64,000 nt of DNA from the human T2T-CHM13v2.0 reference genome, Homo sapiens. Under the pieces are notes generated by a model that made no database searches, was not told where the DNA came from, and saw nothing but the letters and a program-made list of their open reading frames with translations. Positions within the stretch are counted from its first letter, which is position 1, and each line of letters starts with the position of its first letter. This document shows positions 55,985 to 64,000 of this stretch, piece by piece. The DNA is taken from NCBI RefSeq assembly GCF_009914755.1, contig NC_060929.1. The stretch is one strand, 5' to 3'. Position numbers and translations under genes: made by a program.

Positions 55985-56570
55985 AGCTCTCACACACTGC
56001 CTTATGGGGTACAAATTGGTAGCAACCCATTAGAAACTTGTCTCAACATTTAATAACTTTGAAGATGTGACTATACCATGTCCTAGCAATCTCATTCTTA
56101 GGTATATGCACCAGAAAACCTGATGCACATGTAGCAGTACTTACGTGGAAGTTTATCACAGCATGTTGGTTATAGCAAAAACTCAGAAACAACCTCAACA
56201 TCCATCAACAAGAAAATTAAAAGTAACTGCAAATTATTGTCATTCAAGGAATTACCACATTTTAAAATGAATCAACTAGAAATGTATGTTTCAACATGGA
56301 TGCATGTCAAAAACAATATTAAAAGAAAAAGGTAAATTGCAAAAAGATACAGTATGACTCCATTTCCATAAAGCTATACAATATGTAAATTTTATATTTG
56401 GTTTATACATGCATATATATGTAATAAATGTAAAAGCATTTGGGGAAGATCACAGTTAGCTCTGGGAATGGAGAAAGATGGGGAAAGCCACACAAGAGTC
56501 ATTTTTATGTGCAATATTTTATTTCTCAAACTTGGTAAATTTTAAGTGTGTACTATATTGTCAGTTCATT
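55985..56570 (+). mobile_element. L1ME 3' end
   Basis: cctagcaatctcattcttaggtatatg..gaaacaacctcaacatccatcaaca..acagtatgactccattt. Confidence 0.8.
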
Positions 56571-57989
56571 TTGGATGCTTGAAAGATTTCATCATTTTCT
56601 TTAATTGTTCAGGAATGCAACTTTCATACCATATCCAAGCTTTTGGCCTTGAGAATCTTCTGCTCAGTCATTTCTTCCCTCCTTCTACATATTCTCCACA
56701 GTCTCCCTCACTCCACATCACTAATCTGGACCCCATGCTTTCTTTCAATCAAAAGATGTCATTTATTTAAAATTTAAAATCCAAACGACCCTGAAATGGT
56801 TTGCATTTTAAAAGAAGATTTAAGTAGAAAGGGCTTTCAAGACCTAAAGAAGTGACATTATAAGGGTGGAACAATTCTCATGGGGTCCTATGTGACATCT
56901 GCTCACATCCGTTCATTCTACAAATATTTATTGAGTACCTACCAAGTGCTAGGGGCTCGTAAGTTGCCACATTGCCCACCTCCAAGAGGAGGTAGCACCC
57001 TCTGCAGTTGTATTCTGTGAGCCCTGGTCCCAGGTTCTATGGGATATAACAATGACAAAAAAAGAGCCATGTGCTGTTCACATTAGCAACCACTCCAAAT
57101 AGAATGAGACAATACACAGTAATTGATGAGCTCTGTCATCCAGCTGCCTCATTTTATTAAATGGGGAAACAGGCTCAGAGAGGAGGGCCAGAATTACCAA
57201 GTCACAGAGCACAGCAGAGATAAGGCCTAGGTCTCTGGACTCCAAGCCAGTGTCCATTTCTCTGTCCTATACTGCCTCTTTCTACACTCCATAAGGCTGT
57301 CCCTGAGTGGGGTAGAGAGAAGGAGTAAACAGATAAGAAGAAAAAAAGAAATACCTATTCTTCTCTCCCTGAAATAATGTCACTTCTCTCCCCACCTTTT
57401 CCTTTCTTCACTTCCCCTGCCTTTCAATCAGCAGGTACTAAAAGGCTACCATTGATTGCAATGATTTCACACTCTTGTTATGGATCCAGTGTTACCATTA
57501 ATGCCCTGCTTGACAAACAAGCAGCAGTCCCCATTGCAGTAAGACTCAGCTAGGTGAACAGCCCTTCTGGGAGCTGACTGGGGAGATGGACAGAGCCACC
57601 CAGAATAGAGGAGAAAAATCCAGGCTGAGAACCAGCAGGCTTTATTCTCATTCCAGCTCTGCCACTCACGTGCTGGGTGAGCTTGGACAAGGCTTCCCCA
57701 TCTCTGGGCCTCCACTTGATCACCAGGTTCTAAGATAACAGCATCCTAGCTCTTATCAATGACAAATAACTTCAGTGGTTTGCAACCCTAAGTCATATAC
57801 ACAGAATATAACCTGGCCCTTTCTAGATAATCTGCCTGAACACAGGTCCTACAAAGCAGCAGAACAGGTCACAGCTATCTATGACTTGAGATGTCCTCCA
57901 CCCATTTCCTATTCTACTGAGTCATATACCTTGATGTTTCCCCTAAAAACCATATTGTCTACCGCTTTCAGCCAATAGGCTTTGGGGAG

Positions 57990-58420
57990 AGTTCCACCCC
58001 TAATTTCAGGTATAAATCATTGAAGTGAGGCCTAAACCAATCAGACTATCCTATCCCCTCTTGACAGCGATTGGTTCAGGGATGGACACATGTCTCAGGC
58101 AGAGATAATAAAAGAAATTGCCTTTTGCTGAGAATGCTAGAGAGGAGGCAGATGCTCTTCCCTGCTGGGTATGAAGCTGAAAAGATAGTAGGTCTTGAGT
58201 TTCTGCTCTCATCTTGGAGCCTAAAAGCAAGCTTAAACAAACAAACAAAAAAACAGTAGGACCAAGAGATGGAAAGAAATAAAGTGGTTCCTACTGGCAT
58301 CAAATCATTCCTGAAACCAGCCTATCCTTTGACTTTAAATGGTCTAAGCCATTAAACTTTCTTTTTTTACCTACTTGAGATAGGTTTTCTGTCACTTACA
58401 ATTAAAGAACCCTGAATGAC
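57990..58420 (+). mobile_element. MLT1 (K/L-like) LTR
   Basis: gattggttcagggatggacacatg; ggttttctgtcacttacaattaaagaaccctgaatga. Confidence 0.7.
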
Positions 58421-59639
58421 CCACTGTCCCACACAGGAAGCTCATTAGGCTTTTCTTTGAATGCCTTTAGTGATGAAGACCACTCTCCCTCTTATTCTTT
58501 CTTCCAAGCTTATTTTGTCCTTGCCAATCCAACCCTGTCCAAGGGAGACATCAAGAGGCAGCTGAGAGAAGAGAGAGGAAATGACAGATGTGAAGAGCGA
58601 GACCATCTTCAGCTACAGGGATGGCTGACATTTATAAGATGTGTTAAATCACTAGGGTCTTCTAGGTTGTTTAATATCATATATTGATTTGCTTTTGTTT
58701 CCCTGAAGGGAAGAAGGATTTGACTAACAGCCAATGTTCCCATGACAGCAAGTGCCAGAGGGTTTTACTGAACACAGAAAAATGGAAAGCTAGAAAGGAA
58801 AAGAAAAACAGAAGAATGATGGGTTGTGAAATTGGAAAATAATATATACTTCACTGAGGCTGACATGGCCCTGAACAAGCAAGTGAAGAAGGTGAAATTC
58901 ATCTTGGGCATCTTGCCACCTCCTCTAATAGCATCTGTAACCTCTTTTCTACTTCACTGCTCCTCTTCCCAAGGGGGCACCATTTGATACCCCCAGAAAG
59001 CAAAGGTAATTAGAGTTGTTCTTAAGTACTTTTCACACATCAGCACTTGGTCCATTCACATACTCTCTGTTCTTTCTAATAAGTATGGTTAGGTGTCTCT
59101 TATGGCAGAATAATATTTTTTCTTGTGGTGGTGGTGGTGTTCCTTTTAGAACACAATTTGAATTTACAGTTAAACTTGTAATTATAATTTAAATTGCCAA
59201 TCCTCCCAATTTCTGCAAGCATCACAGCACTAGTCCTCACAGTGTCTCCATGTGGTGAGCACAGTCAAGACTGTTCTGCCAAACACTGAAGGAGAACCAG
59301 GACACCAACTGTATACCACACCTAGCCTAGTGCCCAGCACGAAGCAAGGGCACGGTCAGCAGTTCACAAATGAATCTCATGCAAGTCCTTTGACTGCATA
59401 GGGAACAGAGACTCAAAAGAGGAGAAGCAAGCCACCCAAGTGACTTTTTAACACTTCCTTAACCCAGCACCCTCCCCCAAACTCCATGCCACACATGCAG
59501 TATTCCATCCCACTGTAGCATGCCTGGCTGCAGTTCTACAGTTACAAGCATTGCCACCCTTGCCCACCTCTGCCTGGGCCTACTGCCTGGTTTGTTTTTG
59601 ACCCACTCAGTTCTAATTTTTCTGTATGCTATCAATGCC

Positions 59640-60530
59640 ATCATTGTTATCATTGTCGATATTTATTAAGTGCTCACCATGTATCAGACACTGTCTTGAG
59701 CCATCTCACATATATTACCTCATTTAATTCATTGACAGACTTATGAAGCTATATCCTCATTATTCTTGTTTGCTAATGAGAGAACTGAGGCTCAGGGATA
59801 GCTTCAAGGTCATGCAGCTACTAACTGGCATTCCGGACCTGAATTCAGGTCTTCTGATTCTTCCTTCTCCCACAAGGGCCTGAACTAACATGCAGTAGAA
59901 CAAAACAGAAGTCATTATGGTTTCAAATGCGGGCAGCCCTTGATTTCTCACCTGCTTCCTCTCTTTTTTTCTGTAACGAATTTGTTGTGTGTCTTTGGGC
60001 AAGTCACTTGGCATCTCTGGGCTCTAGGCTCTTCATTTGTAGAAGTGAGGAGTTGCACTAGAGCTAGCTGGCCTTAAAGTGTCCCGTTTTCAGATTTCTT
60101 CCTTCCTTTGCTGCCCAAGGCACACTCACCAAATGCCACCATCTACCTTTCAGGAATGAAGAATAGTGTGGTAAAAATGAAAAATACCTGCTGTTGCCTT
60201 TTCTCAGAAATCATTAAATGAAATTCATTAAGCATTTAGATGTAGGAGATCAAAAAATCATGGAGAGTCAAGATAACATTCTAATTACAAGTTAATTATA
60301 AAAATCTAATAGCTATCACTTATTAAGGGTCTACTGTGTATGAGGAACCTTGCTGAATATTTCATAGATTGTTCCACTGAATCCTCAAACACTGTAAGGT
60401 CAGTATTCATATCATCCACCTTGTACAGAGGATGAAACTGAGGCTGTATGACCTCAGAGTGCTTAAGTAACCTACTTGAGGTCAAACAGCTGGTTGGGCT
60501 TGAAACTCAACTGGGCTTTACTACAAATCA
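59640..60530. mobile_element. Cluster of MIR copies (~59640-59870 -, ~59975-60065 +, ~60305-60530 -)
   Basis: MIR cores gagagaactgaggctcag, ctttgggcaagtcactt, gaggatgaaactgaggct. Confidence 0.8.
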
Positions 60531-61559
60531 TCTCTCAGAGATTTTGCTAAAGTGTCCAACCCAGAGCAGAAGTTGTCTCTGAAAATCCCAATTAATAGGT
60601 TCAGACAGAACTTTGCAATAGTGAAGAATTTCTCAAATATGCAGACTTTTTAAAATCAGAACCACAATGAGATACACAAATGGAGATCACAAGCCAACAA
60701 AACATGTAGCCTTGGTCCCAATTAAAGGGAGAAGAGAAGCATGTGTGCCTCTCTCTGAAATGATTCACCAAATGCAGATGGAACTCTGCCTTCCTGTCAG
60801 TGTTGTCTCTATTTGTAGCAAAAAAGGTGCTTAAAAATGGAAAACACTGTTTTGAATGCAGCCATCAATCTCTTGTGCAATGTCAGTATCATTAATCTAA
60901 TTAGTAATAAGAAGCCAGGTAGATTGTTATCAGAGCAGCCATCAATAGACAGCTACTGCCCTATGTAGGAAGGCATTTTTTGCCTCTATGCAGAGACAGT
61001 GTGATGATGATGGCTCCTGTGGCAAATACCAGGGCAGGAGAGCAGCTTTGCAGACACCTCTCTATGGCAGCTTACAGAAGAATCTTACCTCAAGGACCCA
61101 GGTTTCCCAGTCTCTCCCCAACAATCCTGTATGCCATTATAAATACTGATCTCTCTTCTTTCCACTTATTCAATTCCTCTCATGTCCAGATAGATCAAAT
61201 CTTTGCTATAACACCTTCCCAAAGTCTTCCAGCACCCACTAGCTTGGTATTTTTGTTGCATTCTGATTCTCTCATGGGATAGTTTTATCCTCTACACTAA
61301 AGAATGTTTGGTTCTGATTCTAGCTCAGCCATATGACCTTTGGCTAGTCACATTCTCTCTCTGAACTTCAGTCTTCATCTATTAAAAAAAAGTGGTTGGG
61401 TGAAGAATGGAAGATCAGTTTTATTTCATGAGTCTTCTCCTTTCATTTGGTATTGGCTGTCTGAAAGCCTGGACATGCAATGCTGAGAAAGCTTGTGAAG
61501 CCAACTCTGATCTCAGCACAAAACACTATTATGGTTGATTGGTGATGTCTGCCATGGGC

Positions 61560-61955
61560 ATAAGTGGAGTGAGAAATGTATCCCTGTGCTATGTCACTGC
61601 CATCCACGGTCCAGATGGGTATCTGAGACTCTTCAGCTCTGACAATACATAATTGCTCTTCTTTGTATCCAGTGTCAGGAGCACACTCAAATTCTTTCAA
61701 GCTTTTCCAACAAAATATCCCAAGTGGCAGAGGTGAATTAACTGACATATACACTTAGAGACCAATGTAATAAAGGCAAAGAGAAAAGCATATCAAAGCA
61801 GTCTCTGGTTCTAGACTTTCCAGGTCAGCCCCTATAAAACCAGCTGGATGTATTTCCTTCTTTGGTTGCCTTTGAGATTGCTTGTTGTATTTTTACAATA
61901 AACCATCCTTAGCTGAGCTGGACTGAGTTGATTGCAACCAAATTAACTCTGTTAA
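61560..61955 (+). mobile_element. Probable ancient ERVL/MaLR LTR
   Basis: 3' end aataaaccatccttagctgagctggactgagttgattgcaaccaaa is typical of LTR33/LTR16/MLT1L-like LTRs. Confidence 0.45.
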
Positions 61956-61964
61956 GTGTCCCCT

Positions 61965-62195
61965 ATAATAGTCCCCACTTGCGAAGCACTTACATATATT
62001 AGGCATGTGCTAAGAGGTAGACTTAATTTCATTGGTATTCATTATTATCCTGTGAAGTAGATATTATTACCTTCATCCCACTCATGGTGAAATTGAGATT
62101 TAGAGAGGTTAAGTCACTTGCTGAAGCTCACAACTGTTAGAGCCAGGATTTCATGCAGTTTTCCCTAATCATAAGCCCTGTGTTCCTGATCTCTG
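61965..62195 (-). mobile_element. MIR
   Basis: tcctgtgaagtagatattatt..gaaattgagatttagagaggttaagtcacttgc. Confidence 0.85.
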
Positions 62196-63259
62196 CATTT
62201 GCAAAACAGCTTCCAAATTATATCTTTTTAATTTTAATCTTTAAAGAAGGTGGGGGTACCAAAACTGACTGGTACCACAGGATATGGCATATTTATTCTG
62301 CAATGTCACATGCCTCTTGGGCGCAGGACCATATACCCCTGAATGTGTGCATATGCCAATTTGAGAAAGAGAAAACAAAATAGGCCAATCAAAGCTTATT
62401 CATGAAGAGTTATTCTGACATATTTTCAGACAGCATTTTGGATGATTTTCTGAAGTTGCCCTCTCCCCTAGGCTGGTGACCTTGGGCACCTACTCAATCT
62501 CCATAGTCCACTCCTAACTGAACAACTCAACTGCACTCATTGCAGAAGCAACCTCCTGAATTCAAGTCCTCTGTTACTGTCCTCTTTCACAGAAAGCCTT
62601 TCATCTTCCAAAAAGGCAGCCAAAATATTTCATATATTTATTAGAGGGTGATTTAGAAGTGTTAATATTTAATTCCTTCTCCCATTTTTTTAACAAGAGT
62701 TTGATTTTAAGACATCAAGTTGGCCAACTGAGCAATAATAACATGCCTGAGAGTGAAGAAATAGTACGCTATTAACAAGTGATTTCAAATTAATCCCAGG
62801 ATATTTCCAACATGGAAATGCACCTCCTAACACCCTTATCTTTTTGGCCTCATGCACCTGGCTATGGAAGAGATTTACACTTGCAAATTCTAAGCTCTAA
62901 CAGAGTAATATTTCTGCTTCAACCCAGCTTCAATCTATTCTTTAGAAATAAAGAAAAGAAAATACTTTGTTGTATTTGGCATTGAGATTTGTTCAGTGCA
63001 AAGAGGTGGCATTTGCTGGGATGAAAGAAAAAGGAGTATTTAAGGACTGGCATAAAAAATTGGAAGAAATAAACTGGAAGAATTGATGGCTCATGGGGCT
63101 TGAAGACAGACCTAGTGAGGAAAAAGGCTTTTCTATTTCTGCAAATTTAGTTCAAAGTTATTGTTTTTGTTTGGTAGGCCTGAGTTTGGGGTTAACCAAA
63201 AAACCTCCTGGTTTCCTTCAGGTACAAGGAGGGAAGCATAATAAGAACTATAGGGACAA

Positions 63260-63500
63260 TTAGTTTTTTATTAAACATGTACCATATGCCAGGCACTGTG
63301 TTAAACTCCTCATTTTGTGTCATTTTATTTAGTTTTAATCCCCTCAGCAACCTCAATAGGGAAGTTCTGTTATTGCCACTATTTTGCAAATGATGAAAAT
63401 GAGACATGGATAGGCTAAAAAACTTATCACATCAGTAATAAGTGACAGAGCTGGGGCATTTCAAACCTGGAGGCTGTCCTCCCAGTCACAATATGCTGCC
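63260..63500 (-). mobile_element. MIR
   Basis: tatgccaggcactgtgttaa..ttttgcaaatgatgaaaatgagac..taagtgacagagctggg. Confidence 0.85.
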
Positions 63501-63672
63501 ACTATGGAAAGGTCCTCCAGGCCCAAGAAGCTACAGTCCTGATCAAGGTCACTTCACCAGCACCGGGAAGGGGACCCTGGACTCCAGTGTCAAGGATGCC
63601 TTTTCTGTAGCATTCTCTATTCTTCCTACTACCCTACAGACTTGGGGTCCTTTACAGCTGAAAGAGACCTGA

Positions 63673-64000
63673 ACACCATGGAATACTATGCAACCATAAA
63701 AAAGGATGAGTTCATGTCCTTTGTAGGGACATGGATGAAGGTGGAAACCATCATTCTAAGCAAACTATCACAAGGACAGAAAACCAAATACCGCATGTTC
63801 TCACTCATAGGTGGGAATTGAACAATGAGAACACTTGGACACAGGGTGGGGAACATCACACACTGGGGCCTGTCATGGGGTGGGGGAAGTGGGGACGGAT
63901 AGCATTGGGAGATATACCTAATGTAAATGATGAGTTAATGGGTGCAGCACACCAACGCGGCACATGTATACATATGTAACAAACCTGCATGTTGTGCACA
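63673..64000 (+). mobile_element. Short 5'-truncated young L1PA (approx. L1PA4-6) 3' end, runs off the window
   Basis: acaccatggaatactatgca..catgttctcactcataggtgggaattgaacaatgagaacac..ggagatatacctaatgtaaatga. Confidence 0.95.

Overview
Primate (almost certainly human) non-coding DNA, either intronic or intergenic. It is CpG-poor, with no CpG island, no recognisable protein-coding exon and no RNA gene. More than half is transposon debris. Bases 1-10072 are a nested stack: a near full-length old minus-strand L1 (L1M/L1MA-type, with 5'UTR, ORF1 and ORF2 remnants), invaded by a younger L1PA-type copy. That copy itself holds a half AluY and an MLT2A solo LTR, and the old L1 also carries an inverted Alu pair. 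The rest is a mosaic of MIR, L2, L3, old L1M, MLT1/MST/LTR22 solo LTRs and hAT/Tigger DNA-transposon fossils, with a few repeat-free, motif-dense islands that may be enhancers. The ORFs in the track are L1/Alu/L2-derived or chance. I found no convincing novel biological system. The most interesting items are local structural oddities: a four-monomer Alu with a recent 135-bp duplication, a microsatellite splitting a DUX4-type site in MLT2A, and inverted Alus with deletions at the loop. Subfamily names come from recalled consensus sequences, not a RepeatMasker run, and boundaries of old repeats are approximate.
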